Shown here: one piece after another, positions 38,626 to 51,769 of the stretch
Numbering within the stretch: the stretch's first letter is position 1
Layout of the letters: every line of letters begins with the position of its first letter
From: Camelus dromedarius
Lineage: Eukaryota
Assembly: GCF_036321535.1 (NCBI RefSeq)
Contig: NC_087436.1
Coordinates: forward strand, 35,962,001 to 36,026,000
Direction of reading: 5' to 3'
DNA length: 64,000 bases
The notes under the pieces: model-generated
What the model was told of the DNA's origin: nothing
What the model saw: only the letters and a program-made list of their open reading frames with translations
The model's database searches: none
Made by a program: the position numbers and the translations under genes

Positions 38626-39846
38626 CTGTTAAAAGAAGTATAATACTTGATGTTAGATTCTAATTAATTAATGTGCTTATAGAGCAAATCATTTGTAATG
38701 TTTCTGGCCCAAGTTCACTATCTTGTATCATTATAATATCACTTAAAAAAATGAACATTTTAATGATAAAATTTCCTCTTAAAACTCACATTCACAAAAT
38801 GATGCACTAAACATCAGGATATGCAGAGGTTCAGTAAGAACATATTATTTTATTGACAAGGACACCAACTGTCTTCAGGCAAGGCCTTACTGTCTTCATG
38901 GCTAAACATTCTGAATATTACAATAAAATTGATATGAGATGTTAATATTAATTGATATTTCCTAGAAAATATTACAAATCATCAAGAACTGATAAGTACT
39001 TGCACAATGAATAAAAGTGCTACACTGATTACATGTCTATATAATAGAGCAAACCAAGTTCTCTCTAAAGTTAAATAGGCAAAGATCTGGTAACACCTTT
39101 TTCCTTTTAAGTTGAAAAAGATTACATGTTAAATAAAATTATGGAAAAAGAAAAAAGAATTAAACACTTTTTTTCTTTGAATATTATCCTCTAGTCTCTC
39201 TATATATGAACACATAATATAATAATAGTTATATTTTAGCTATTTCAAACATTTTTTGTAATTAAAAATGTCAGTTTTCCATTTTTAAACTCAAGTAAAA
39301 TGGATTTTTCCAAGGCAACTGCCTTCTGAAAAAGTTTCTCTGACAAAAGATTTTCCTGCAAAAAATAAAATAAAAAAATAAAGAGGTCAATTTTCAGAAA
39401 GAAAAATACATATGATAAAACAATAGGAAAAATAGTTTTAAACTGAGGAACACAAAGCAGATTTTAATTGACAATGCATGTATTATGAACACATCTGGAT
39501 GAAGACTAGAGGTGGCTTTCAAAACACTACCCACAATCAAATACATTACCCAACAAAAAAGATGACAAGCCCAAAATAATAGCTTCATACTATATTCATT
39601 GAAGGAGATTAATATAAATGCAAGGAGACAGTCCTATGTATAGAAAGAACAGTTTATCAATACAACATTAGAAATCTCTATTTCTGGTATTTTCCTTCAT
39701 TAGTTACTACCGCATTAAACATCAGAAGCAGCAGTACTATGCCCTGAGAAGCATACTTAAAACAAATATATGTATCCTAGAGCAAATCTAGCTCTTTCCC
39801 GTCAGTGTATCTTGAGGAAATATTTACCTGATTATCTAAATATTAC

Positions 39847-39903
39847 CTTAAACACTGAAACAAGTAAGTTTTAGATACACAGATTGGAAATATAGAGTGA
39901 TGT
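39847..39903 (-). other. Candidate spliced exon, 57 nt
   Basis: Minus strand: long U-rich tract 'tttttttatttgtttttgttgttttgttgcctcatgttcag|', donor 'AAG|GTAATA'; alternative donor 'CAG|GTAAAT' 19 nt further downstream. Confidence 0.45.
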
Positions 39904-41006
39904 CTGAACATGAGGCAACAAAACAACAAAAACAAATAAAAAAAACAAGTAGGAAACTGAGACAGTACACTGGCTCCTGGTTCAAAAGTGAAAGAGACGA
40001 GGTGATGGTACCTCTGGGAGTGACAAAGCCAGTTTAAAATAAAATGTTTGTAAACAATCAGCCTTGAATACATTCATCTTTTAAGAACTTAGAAGGAAAA
40101 AGTTCATGCTCCAAGGAAACAAAAAAAGGCTGTTGAATATGACTCAATTACAATGTCTATTTAGACTAGAAAGTTAGAGAACAGAGAGTCTTGAATTTGA
40201 CAGCAGTAACAATCCTCACTCACCAAGACCTAGTCTCGCCTGAGGGCCAGGTTTAGGTCATATATACATGATGGCAGCACACACAGTAAGAAAAATAACT
40301 TATGTGTACATAAACTGAAAGGATGGCTAATAATAATTAACAGTTTTATTGGTAAATAGTACTGGATAAAATGATATCACTAGTACACTTTCTTCATTAC
40401 TAGCCCTTAATTATTATTATCTCTTTTTTTTGAGAGTTTATCTGAGAAGTTATGTGGATAAATGGAAGACAGAAAATATCAGAAAAGGTACAGGCAGAAC
40501 TTTAGATACGGGCATTATGTTAATGACTCACTGTAGAAATTCAAATGTAATGAATGGATTGTTTCCTCAACAGAAGTGATTAATTTGCAGGGATCCATCC
40601 ACATTCCCTTGACCAGCACTTGCAACAATCAAGACAAAACTGAAATAGCTGGGCAGAGCTGATAAATTCTGTGAGTTTGGAAGAAATGAAAATCACTGGT
40701 CACCAAAGGAAATATCTCATAATTATGACCTTGTTAACACAATACTATTTAAACTGAACCTTTATCTTCGTAATCTGGTCTAAAGCTCTGTAAGCCCTGG
40801 CACATCTAGCTCATCAATTCTGCAGGAAATGTTATGATTTTCAAGAATAAACAAGTTGGAAAATGAGGGCCAAACAGGGAGTGAAGATAGATCCACCTTG
40901 CATACTCTGTTTCATCTTAATTTTTTATGTCTAAAAAGAGAAAGTGTGGAAAGTGGAAAGCAAAGTACATAATTTCTAGATACTTCAGAAAAAAATCAAG
41001 GATACT

Positions 41007-41465
41007 ACTGGCCATAAAAATAATAAAATAATGCCCATTTGCAGCAACATGGATGGACCTGGAGAATGTCATTCTAAATGAATTAAGCCAGAAAGAGAAA
41101 GGAAAACATCATATGATATCACTCACTTTATACGTGAAATCTAGAAAAAAAAGACAAACTTATTTACAAAACAGAAACAGACTCAAAGAAATAGAAAACA
41201 AACTTACGGCTACTGGGGGGTGGGGGGGAGTGGGAAGGGATAAATTGGGAGTTCAAGATTTGCAGACACTAACTAATATACATAAAATAGATAAATAACA
41301 AGTTTAGCACAGGGAACTATATTCAATACCTTGTAGTAACTTCTGGTGAAAAAGAATATGTAAACGAATATAGGTATGTTCCTATATGACTGAAGTATTG
41401 TGCTGTACACCAGAAATCGACACAACATTGTAAGCTGACTATACTTCAATCATATATCTATATCT

Positions 41466-41504
<39 letters not shown>

Positions 41505-41567
41505 AATTGGTAAAAATACTAAAAAAAAAAACCTTTTAAAAAAACCCAGCAACTTCAAAAAAGAAAA
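41007..41567 (+). mobile_element. Short 5'-truncated young LINE-1 3' end with TSD and extended tail
   Basis: 'MDLENVILNELSQKEK' ORF2 end; 3'UTR closely similar to that of the 8624-10177 element; TSD aaaaaaatcaaggatact at 40989-41006 and 41568-41585. Confidence 0.92.
41470..41503. repeat. (TA)n(CA)n microsatellite in L1 tail
   Basis: Direct reading of the sequence. Confidence 0.9.
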
Positions 41568-42454
41568 AAAAAAATCAAGGATACTTGCTGTTTATCTCAC
41601 CTCCCTCTGAAAGCCAAGGTTATGATTCTCAGGCTCCTCACAGGCAAGAGCAAGAGACAGAAGTAGATGGATTGAAATGGTAGAACAAATCAAGTGTCTA
41701 AATGATACAAGAAACTTGCTCACATCTATAATTACCTTTTCCCTTTCAGCACTAAACTAGTCAATTATAATTCTACATAAATATTTCCTTCTTTCCAGAC
41801 ATTCTGTCTTGATATTGCCTTAATATTTTTATAAGTAATTTCTTTAAGTAAAATCCCATATTATTGAAAAAAGTCTCAAATATTTCTAATTTAAAAATTA
41901 GAGATGTATTTCCCATAACAAAAAGAAAACTGTCTGGTTATACACATCTAAAAATATTAAACACAAAAGTTTAGACCTGTCTCTTTTAAAGGTGAAGGCT
42001 ATATAAGAGAATTCCTAAGAAACAAAAAAGAAAATACAAATTTACAGAAGGCTAGTTAATAAAAAAAATAGCTAACTCTAAAACAGGCATTTTTGCCTTA
42101 AGTATCTGAGGATTCCTTGTGGTCTAGAAATTAAAGAAACCCAAATACCTGTGAAGGTTAAAATAAAAAAAAAATCAAGGATCTGGCCTTGGAGGACGGT
42201 TGAATCAGAGAAAGCACATAGAGACATGACTCCCAAAGGGGACACCTTCAATAGGTGAACAGAGCCTAACCCAGTCTACAGGGGGAGACTGTAGGATATG
42301 CCATCATGGCCTTAGCTCTTGGTAAAAGAGAAGTAAAGAAAAAAAGACTCCCCATAGAATTGATAATCATCAATTGATAAGACTATACACATAGCCCCCA
42401 AAACTGAAACTAAAAATTAAAAGTGGCCCTGGACACCCCAGTAGCTATAAGCAC

Positions 42455-43660
42455 ACTTAGTATTCAGAACTTGGCTTCTAAATACCATTCTCCGTTAAAA
42501 GGAGTCAGAGCCCCTTGGAGAAGTGGCCAATTTCAGGACTGGAGCAGGGAAAGTATAGTAGTAGTCCAGAATATCTCATGCCAGAAATAAAGTATAAAAG
42601 AATGATGAAGATATAGCAGAAGGGTACAGGAGCTAGAAGGTGCTCTCAGTGTCCTAAATTGGGACAATTTGAGCATCAAGATAAATAATGATAGTAAAGG
42701 ATTAAAACTCACTGAATAAAGTAAGAATTCATAAGTCCATACTGATAAAAAAAATAAGGAAAAAGGGAACATTCTTTATAGTAGAAAGTTAATCAATACA
42801 CATAGAAAAATGATTGAATGAGAAAAACCACCATTAGGCAACCACTGTATTAACTGGTTTAGGCAAGATGCATCAATTGATTCTAAACCTAGTGGTGGAA
42901 ATCTGAGTTGTACTACAATATTTACATAATATCACAATATATCCCAACAAGATACTTATAAAGTATAATGGAAAAATAGTAACTTTATAGTAAAGAAACC
43001 TGGAAGATACTACCTTAACCAAGTGATCAAAGGTAACACCACCAGTAATGGTACAAATAGAAGTCACGCGCCTGCCTCCTGATATAAGAACGTCGTATCT
43101 GTGATATTCCTGTCAAAATGCATAATCTGAATCTACTCATGAAGAAACATCACAAAAAATCTAAACTGGGGGACATTCTAAAAAATAATCATCGTGTCCT
43201 CTTAAAAAGTGTCAAAATCATGAAGGACCAAGAAAGACTGAGGAACTATTTCAGATTAAAGGAGAAAAAAGATAACTCAAAGCTGCACATGGTACTGCAT
43301 TTTCTTTTCTACAAAGGATATTATTGGGAAAATTAACAAAATGTGAATAGGATCTACAGATTAGATAACATTATTGTGTCAGAATTAGTTTTCTGATTGT
43401 GATCAATGAATTATGATTTTGTAAGGGAATGGCCTTGGTTTTGAGGGAACACACAAATAAGTATTTAGGGTCAAAAGGTATTTATCTGTAACATCCTTTC
43501 AAATGGTTCAGAAAAAATAAAGAAGTACACATAAAGAGAAAATAATCAAATGTGGGAAATATTAACATTTAGGAAATCTGGGTTAAAGATATAAGGGAAT
43601 TTGTTGTAAAATTATGGTAACTTTTCTTTAAGTCTGAAACAATGTCATAAATAAAGGTTT
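42455..43660 (+). mobile_element. L1MC4-like 3'UTR
   Basis: 'cttggcttctaaataccattctcc...ccttggagaagtggc', 'accttaaccaagtgatcaaagg', 'gaaagactgaggaact'. Confidence 0.8.
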
Positions 43661-43796
43661 TTTTGTAAGTTGTTTTTGGTTGATCATTGTCTTTAGGTCC
43701 CCCACAGAAGAAAAATTAACTTTCTGGGTAGAAAAAACCTTTAAGTTCAGATTTCAAAAAATAAACTTCCAAGAAACATAAGTTAACAATAAAAAT

Positions 43797-43823
43797 TCTC
43801 TCTCTCTCTCTCTCTCACACACA
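43797..43823. repeat. (CT)n(CA)n microsatellite
   Basis: Direct reading of the sequence. Confidence 0.85.
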
Positions 43824-44059
43824 GGAAACATCGCCAAAGAAACAGTTATTCTAAAACACAGAATCAGATTTATAAAGACTGAATATATTGGAATTTTGGG
43901 GAAACATAACATAAAGTTACTATATTAAGTAAGCTTAAAGAAATAAAGTAAAGGCATGAACTAAGTAAGATATAGTGATAAATGAAACCAAAAGGTGAAA
44001 GAACCTAACTATATATATTAAAAAAAAAAAAACGTAAAAATATACATGGTAGAGAAGAA

Positions 44060-44270
44060 AGGCTGAGGTCACACACTTTCAAGTCAAACACTCTGGTTCC
44101 ATCATTTACTTTTCATATTAACATTAACCAAATTATTTAACCCCTGTACCTCACTTCATCTGTAAAACAGGGTTAAGACTCATATGATTGCTGTAATAAC
44201 TAAATGAGTGGGCTAATTTATATAAAGAATTTAGAACAGCATCAGCACATAAAAAAATCTTCAATTAATG
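44060..44270 (+). mobile_element. MIR SINE
   Basis: 'aaattatttaacccctgtacctcacttcatctgtaaaacaggg...taaagaatttagaacagc'. Confidence 0.7.
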
Positions 44271-44679
44271 GTAGTGGTAGTGTTTTTGAGAAATACATCC
44301 ACACTCAAACTTCTTAAAGTCTCCAGTTATCAGAAAATAACATATAGCAGGATCAGCATTACTAATACAAGAAATAAAAAAAAAGTATTATTTTGCGCGT
44401 TAGGCAGAAGCCTCTTTGAAGCCTCTCAAAAACTTTCTTACCTAACATTTCCCTTCCTCACAACTGAAACAGTCTAGGGTTTTTCTCCTAAGCTACTTTG
44501 ACTCTTTGACCCATTCAGGTTACTGTATCTGAAGAAAGCCTTTCCTCAGGCTGAGTCTCCATGTTATTCACTGAAACACTGAATTGAGAGCACAGGTAGC
44601 TCTAATTCTGCTGCCTCAATACAATGCACCCTGTGTCACTGAACACTAGAATTGGAAAGGGCCTTAGAGATCACCTAGT

Positions 44680-45372
44680 ACACTATTTCCAGAAGAGGAG
44701 GGTACCTAAGACAACCTGAGATGCATTTAGATGATACATGGATACTACAGTAAATAACATTAAAAATGTATTCCCTTTTCAATTTTCCAATTTTCACAGG
44801 ATAATTTTTAAACTTCTTTAGAGAGAATTTCAAATTCACATTAAAATTGCAAGACTAAGAATAGTACAAAGAACCCCCATATAACCTTTACTCAACTTCA
44901 TCTCTTATTAACATTTTATTCTTCTGCCTTATCTCTGTTGTTTTGCTCATGTGCATTGTGGGTTTTTGTTGTTGTTTGCTTTTGTTCTGTTTTTGTTTTG
45001 TTATTTTTTGAACCACATGAGAGTAGGCTGCATACATCATGGTCTTTTACCGAATAAGAAAGTTTCCATTTACTAGTAGTGTGCTTTTCATGTCTCTCTA
45101 AACAACCACACATCTCGTTTTGCTCAGAGCCCTCTGCAAAGGCCATATTTAACTTCTGTTTAATAGCACTGTTTTGTTTTCACTGTATTTATTTATACTG
45201 TTGTTTTTATTTATAGTAAGTGTTCCTTTTAGGGAGATATAAATTGTCCTTACTCATTAAATGTAAGTGTTTAAAACGTCAACTGAAAAAAAATATAAAG
45301 TAAATAACAGTAAGGTAAATATGGCAAATTCATGACAATGCATGGGAGAATATGAAATTTGGAAAACATTCA
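44680..45372. mobile_element. hAT-Charlie-type DNA transposon remnant interrupted by an old L1 fragment (about 44800-45060, minus)
   Basis: Ends 'gtaaataacagta...atggcaaattcatgac...gaaatttggaaaacatt'; internal 'aaaattgcaagac...aatagtacaaagaaccccc...tttgaaccacatgagagtaggctgcatacatcatg' is an L1MC/ME-type tail. Confidence 0.5.
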
Positions 45373-45789
45373 ACTAGTCTCAGTATCTTTTCCAAAGAGT
45401 AAGCTCCTGGTTGGGCAAGAGTGAAATACATAGATGTCTAGCTCAGTCTGGCACCTATGCTAAGTAAATGAGTTAGAACCTACAGTCAGACTTCCTTTAG
45501 GTCACTCTTCTTTCAAGTTCATCACAGAGAAAGTATCACAAAAGTCTCAATTTTCTGATGCACAATTGTTTAGTGTGGCAGGCTAAACATCCCTGGCTGA
45601 TAAGATTACCCTCTGCTTATGCCTCAATTTCCTCTTCCTCGCCTAACCTTTGTTCTCTTGTTCAGGGTGCATACCAAGAGCCAGCAGAGTCTGTTTCCAT
45701 ACTATCTCTTTTTCTTTCTCTCTTCTATTCAATACGTATCTTAGTATTTAATATGTCCAGACACCCCTAAAGAGTGACACATCAGTGAA

Positions 45790-46290
45790 TAAAACACAAT
45801 TTTAAAATTCTGAATAAAAACTATAGCTTAACAATTATTTAATATTAAAGTAATGTGATGTAAATAAATATCATATAAACCAATAAAATACGGCTGTTAA
45901 AAGAATATTACTGTTACTGGGAAAACCAAGGCAAATGCTTAGGAAAATTCAATAAAGGTGAGTTAACTAAAGTAATTGTTAATTTGATATAAGCAGAACA
46001 TCTGTAAAAGAGTGGGAACACTCAGGGTGCCCTAAGTTTTCACTCTATAGAAGCCAAACATTGAAATCAATAGATGATGTTTAGATACGAGATATCACGA
46101 AACTCTAATCTAAACTCTATGCTTAAAAAAAAAAAAAAAGCATTTTTCCTAAAGCAAATGAGTAGCAAATTAATGATTATTTAAATGTTTTATGTTAAAG
46201 TGAAATCATTAAATTTTGTGTAATATATTTTAATGATTCTTTATTTGGCTGACTTTTTAAATTAACCATTAACTACTAGTACCAACCTGG
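45790..46290 (+). mobile_element. Ancient Tigger (TcMar) remnant, Tigger13a-like
   Basis: Decayed transposase N-terminal region 'aatgcttaggaaaattcaataaaggtgag...catctgtaaaagagtggg...gaagccaaacattgaaatcaatagatgatg'. Confidence 0.5.
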
Positions 46291-46369
46291 AAATTCTGAC
46301 ACATTCAAAATTCCTAAAGAAAAGGCAAAATGGTAGAACTACTATAGAAAGAAATAAGGCAAAATCTAC

Positions 46370-46900
46370 CAAAATTACTAAGGCATTTACACTTTAACTC
46401 AGCAATCTCACATTACAACAAACCTGCACAAGTACAAAATAACACTTGGATATGATTATTCACTGTCGTAACTGTTAGTTACGACAAAAAACTGGCAACA
46501 GTCGAAGTGTCCATTAGTAGGGTATTATTTGTAAGTGGTTCTGTACCCATGCAGCCTACAAATGGATAAGGAAAATACCCATGTACTGAGAAGGAAAGAT
46601 CTCCAGAATACAGGGCTAAGGAAAAAAGCAAAGCACTGAACAGTATGCAAAGTTTCATACATTTTGTATATTTGTGTAATACTTTATCGTGAGAGCTCTC
46701 CTAGGTAATGGAAACAATAAATATACAAATTTGCTTGTATATGTATTCAATAAAAACAGAATTGGAAGAAGAGACTAATAAAAATGAGGTGAGGGAGACA
46801 AGACTGGGATGAAGAAGGTATCACCATGTATATCTTTCCATACAGTTTAGATCTCTGAATCTTGTAACATATATTGCCTATTCAAAATATCACCTAAACA
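46370..46900 (+). mobile_element. L1ME-like fragment
   Basis: 'actttaactcagcaatctcac...aactggcaacagtcgaagtgtccattagtaggg...ggaaagatctccagaatac'. Confidence 0.6.
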
Positions 46901-47673
46901 AAGTATTCTTTAAAATGAAAAACTACAAGAATATACAGAATATAGGATAACTTGAAATTTATCACTTTGCTTTCTGTTATCAGTGAAACAATTTATTCCA
47001 TACATTACAATCTCAAAGAGATCATCAAACTGCATTTTCCACCTCTAGCTAAGATCTAATTTTTTTTCTCTAAATTTTTCTCTACAGTAACTTCATAGCT
47101 CTAGCAGGTCCCTTAATTAAAACAAAATAAAACAACAAAACTCTAGGAAGACTTTTGGTGGTGACAGAATGCAGATCTCCTGTGTGTCTCCGTGAAAAAG
47201 ACAACTTCTTAAACATGTGAACGAAGGTAAAGTGACTTGCTATGATTTGTGACTTCAAGCCGCAATGTTTTCACCATCTCCTCCTTTACAGAAAGCATTT
47301 TTTCATAGCATGCATTCAGTTAATTAAGGAGGTGTGGGAAGTATGGCAGAAAACATAACTTTAAAAAAAAAAAAAGGTCAATTGCATTTTTTTTTGTAAT
47401 ACTGTGGAGCCAAGAAGATAACTTACATTTTGTCCCCAATGTCTTTTTTTATTTTAGCACAATGGATGCCATATTAGTAAATCTCTTTAGAGGCTATATG
47501 CTTTACCCTGTGCACTAGTACCATTAACCTCAATGGCTACTATGGGTATGTCCGGGATTCCAGGCCAGGTTCCTCTGGAAGGCAATGTAAGCACTTTTTG
47601 TCTGTCTCTAACTTCCCTAGTACTAAGTTACTAGGTATGTCTTTGTTTATATATGTGTGGTTACATATACTAC

Positions 47674-47822
47674 CTTCTACTGCAGATTACTGTGATTGAG
47701 TAGGTGATGATGAAAGTGAATGGAGTTACAATAGCTCCATATGTGCACCGAACAAGGGAATGCCTACTTCTTACACTGAGGTGCAGCAATCAATTAAAGG
47801 CTGGACAATTCTCGTAATTCAT
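47674..47822 (-). other. Candidate non-coding spliced exon, 149 nt (5'UTR or lncRNA exon of a large minus-strand gene)
   Basis: Minus strand: branch/pyrimidine tract 'attgacattaacttttctcag|ATGAATTACG', donor 'AAG|GTAGTA'; unique sequence with higher GC than flanks; stop codons in all three frames. Confidence 0.65.
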
Positions 47823-48393
47823 CTGAGAAAAGTTAATGTCAATATAAATTAGCAAACATCCATTTGACAGTTTAAAGTTTAAAACCACCACGACTTTCCA
47901 GATCTGTTAACTGAGGGTTAGACATTAAATAAATTACCCACAGTCTCATGTAAGAACTGAATTCAGAGCTTTGGTCTGCTGAATAATCTGCTAAAATAAT
48001 TAATTTTACATATTTTTTATTATTTTTATTAGATGGTTTAATTCACCAACACAGAAAAAAATTCTATACAAGCCCTCTCCTACAAAATAGAAGTTTCATA
48101 TTTGTGAAGTTAAAAAAAATTATAAAATTCCTCATGTCCTTCTATGATGAAATAAGACTGCTTTTCATTTCTCTGTATAATCAGGTCATCATATTGTCTT
48201 CATAAACATTTTGCAGAGAATGTTTGTGTTTACTGTGTCCATAAATCCCCCAGATCAAAATCAAAAGCCTCTCTTTCTCTCTTATTAGTAATTCAAACAA
48301 ACAAAATAAAATCTCTCTGTAAAACACTGTAAATATCACTGTGGCTATTCATTTTGAAAAACTCCTATCAAGATAAAAATCCATGTTTGAGAG

Positions 48394-48605
48394 CAGGGTT
48401 TCTCAACTTCAACATGAATGACTTTTGGGATAGATAATACTTTGCTGTGGAAGCTCTCTTGTACATTATGGGATGTTCAGCAGTATTCCTGGCCTCTACC
48501 TACTGGATGTCAGTATCATGACCGCACTTGCAACAACCAAAAATGTCTTCAGACATTGCCAAATGTCCTGGCGTAGGATGGGGATCACTAGGTTGAGAAC
48601 CACTT
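48394..48605. mobile_element. MER20 (hAT-Charlie MITE)
   Basis: TIRs 'cagggtttctcaac' / 'gttgagaaccact'; internal 'aaccaaaaatgtcttcagacattgccaaatgtcc'. Confidence 0.9.
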
Positions 48606-51600
48606 CCACAGAAGATTGTAAAATCCCCATTATTAGCAATTTTAAAGGAAAAAAACAACAACAGATTATCAGCTTCCTAGATATCTCAGACATTGATACA
48701 GACACTAGTTCTAATGATTTTTGTTTGGTTTATAGAATCTTTTGACGTATTTCTCCTTTTTGTTTTTTGTTTCTATAACTCTGTCCCTCTAACCTTTCAT
48801 GCAGAGTCAAAATTATAACTTTAAAAAAATAGAAATGTCCTCAAAATAACTCTTGAATTGCCAGTGTATCCATTACTGTATATCCCCATGATTTTCTTAA
48901 GTTTGACAAAGATGACAAAATATAAAAGTTCCAAATCAAGCTCAGAGTTGGGGGTTGTGAGAAGCTATATATGGAAACTAAAAATGAAATACAGGTGATG
49001 TGAAATATAATTACTGACACTCTTATTTGGTTCATCAGCATAATCCCTCTCCCCAAAGGTTGAACTGGTGAGGATTTTGCAAGCTGTTAAAAACTGTTTA
49101 CAGCCAGATTTTTTTTAAAAAACTGGATATGAGGCTGTAGCATACTAAAGGCTATCACTACTGCAGGGGGAAGTTTCAATCCCTGTAAAGATAGTCTGGG
49201 TAAGTGAGCAAAGACTCTAGCTGACAGTACAGATAATACAATTCAGTTCCAGACCAAAGCACTGTATTTGTTTTTGTTGTTTTTCTCCTATCCTATCAGC
49301 AGCCTGTCTCCATAGATTTGTCTGGGAAAATGATAAACAGTAAAGCAAGTGACCCTCTCCATCCATCTAAATCATCCTCCCAGCACAGACCCCAAGCAAA
49401 GTTTTTTGGAAGGACCATCTTTTTAAATGTACATTTATATGTATAGCAGGTTACTTAAAGCCAATGAAAATGCAAGAAACTGCACATACAGAGAGGTAAG
49501 TATTTATACAGAGCCTTCATTCCTTGAAGTTCAAAAACATTAGGGGAAAAAAGCCAGTAACGATCATCAAATATTTGTAAACATGTGAAACAGGAAATAT
49601 AAATACATGGATGACCCCCCACCAGTCCCTGATAATTAAATTATAGTAGATTAGTTACAAACAAGATTTGACTACCAAAGCCATCTATAAAAGCCTTTTA
49701 AAAATCAAACATTCAAATTATCCTCTAAATCCAAGAAATAAGGATCTAAAGATACCATACAGATACGAACTTCATCAAAAGTAAATGGCAAATTCATTCT
49801 ACAAAATGAAAATATAAAGAAAATAAAGCACTTAGGAAAAATCTAAACAGTTTTTGTGCACGGAGGACACTTTTGGAAGGATCTTTAAAACCTCAGAAAC
49901 AGAAGAAAAAATGTTAATGCTTAGGAATCAGATAAAGAAGAATAGCAACAAATCATTATTCTGTATTTAAGTTTCTATCTTCCACATTTTATACTATTAA
50001 CCAACTATCTAGACAAAATGATTCCATTATCACTATTCCCTCTGATGGAGGAAAAACTGAAATTTCAATAGTGGAGGAATTTAAGTTTCATAAGACTTAT
50101 CTGATACATAAACAAAGATGGACTACAAAAAAAAAAAAATCCCATCCTTAAATCAGGAATCATCTTGGGCAGTATTACTGTCTGATATGGAGAAAACCAA
50201 TGCAACGGACTCTAACAAAAACCCAGAGGAGGACTGCATCCATGTCTGAATTTTAATCTCAATGATCTGAAGAACAGATAAAACAAACAAAAATTAACAA
50301 TTTAGCTCATCAATTTTTTTTTCTTTACCTCATTTGTCTTTAGGAGGACTCTATAATTTCTCTTTGGCAATTAAATACCAATATTAAGGTATCTTTTAAC
50401 TTAATGTTTCCAAAACCAAGGAGAAAGATCTTCCACTTAAAAGGAGGATCTGAATAATTTTGGAGTTCAAAGTTCCAAATTTGTTCATATACTCATTCAA
50501 CAGATACTAATTTAAAGCAATCTCTGGTATTAATAAATAGAATTTATGAAGTCCTCCATTATAATAATTATAATAAGAATTAACATTTAATAATGTTTAC
50601 ATACACACAAAACAATTTCACTACACTATTATGATTAACGTTTCACTCTTTCCTGGATTTATGCTCTACTGTAAAAGGGGAAAAGTTAAATTTGTGATGA
50701 ATAAGAGGTAGGAATGGGAGGCAGTTGTAGGGAGTCATTTGAAAGTTACAGAACTAGATATAATATTAAAACTTAAATTTCCCAATTTTTCAAGACTAGT
50801 GCTCTTTTTCATATGCCACCGTAAGACTTAAACATATTACCTTTATCAGAAATGCTAATTCCTTCACTGTCCTGTGGTTTCTCAGCCTTCCATCAAATGA
50901 AAAGTTTAATGAGCCCTTTTCATTCTTATGTGAAATCTGAGGGCTATCTGAAATTTTAGGTGTCTGTTCTATCCAGACAATATCAAATTCTATACTGAAC
51001 CAGAATACAAAGGTTCATAAGTCATATAACCTCAAATCACCATAAAGAAAATCCATTTCTCAATGCTTTCAAAAAGGAAAACTCATTAAATGAGGCAAAA
51101 TATTCACTTTTAGACAATCTGAATTTAGAAAGACTAGAAGTGAACTTTATATGAAGGGCTACAGAATGAAGTTATCTCAATTTCTTAGGTAACACGGCAT
51201 GGTAATCCCAGTTAATAATATGAACAAATTAAATTACAGCCATAAAAAGTATCATGTAACATCCCAGGCTCTTTAGCAGTCAATTTATACAATGAAGATT
51301 TCTTTTAGTAATGCCTTTATACACAATAGTTTCACTTAAAAATTTTTGAAATATTAAATATTTTAAATAAAAACAAACTCTGAAAATCATATTGCTGATC
51401 ACATGCATCTGTATATGTGGCTATATAAGGCCTAATATATGTTAATGGATGAGAAAGTTAAAATGAAAGAATATGTATCAGGTTAAAATTGGAAACCAAT
51501 GGTTTTAACTTGTAAATGGCAAACAAGGAGGCATTTATCCCCTCCATGCACCACTCCCTGGCATTAGGAAACCATTTCCTTTTGTAGAGTACTCTTCACA

Positions 51601-51769
51601 AGTTATTTAGAAGCATACTACAAAATGAAAATTTTAAATTTAAAAGTGTATAATGTAAATGTTATAAAACATAAAATTTTTAAATGAAGTATTGATATAG
51701 AATACAGTCCTCTGGTTACATGTCATGACAGTAAATGAGAAATTGACATGCTAAGCGATAAAGAATAAG

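Noticed and set aside
42165..42182. Third copy of 'aaaaaaatcaaggat' resembling the L1 TSD at 40989/41568
   Set aside because: Mostly an A tract with a short specific core, diverging after 'ggat'; no associated insertion boundary.
50841..50947. Possible minus-strand exon ending AAG|GTAATA
   Set aside because: The acceptor 'cctaaaatttcag' lacks a pyrimidine tract; unsupported.
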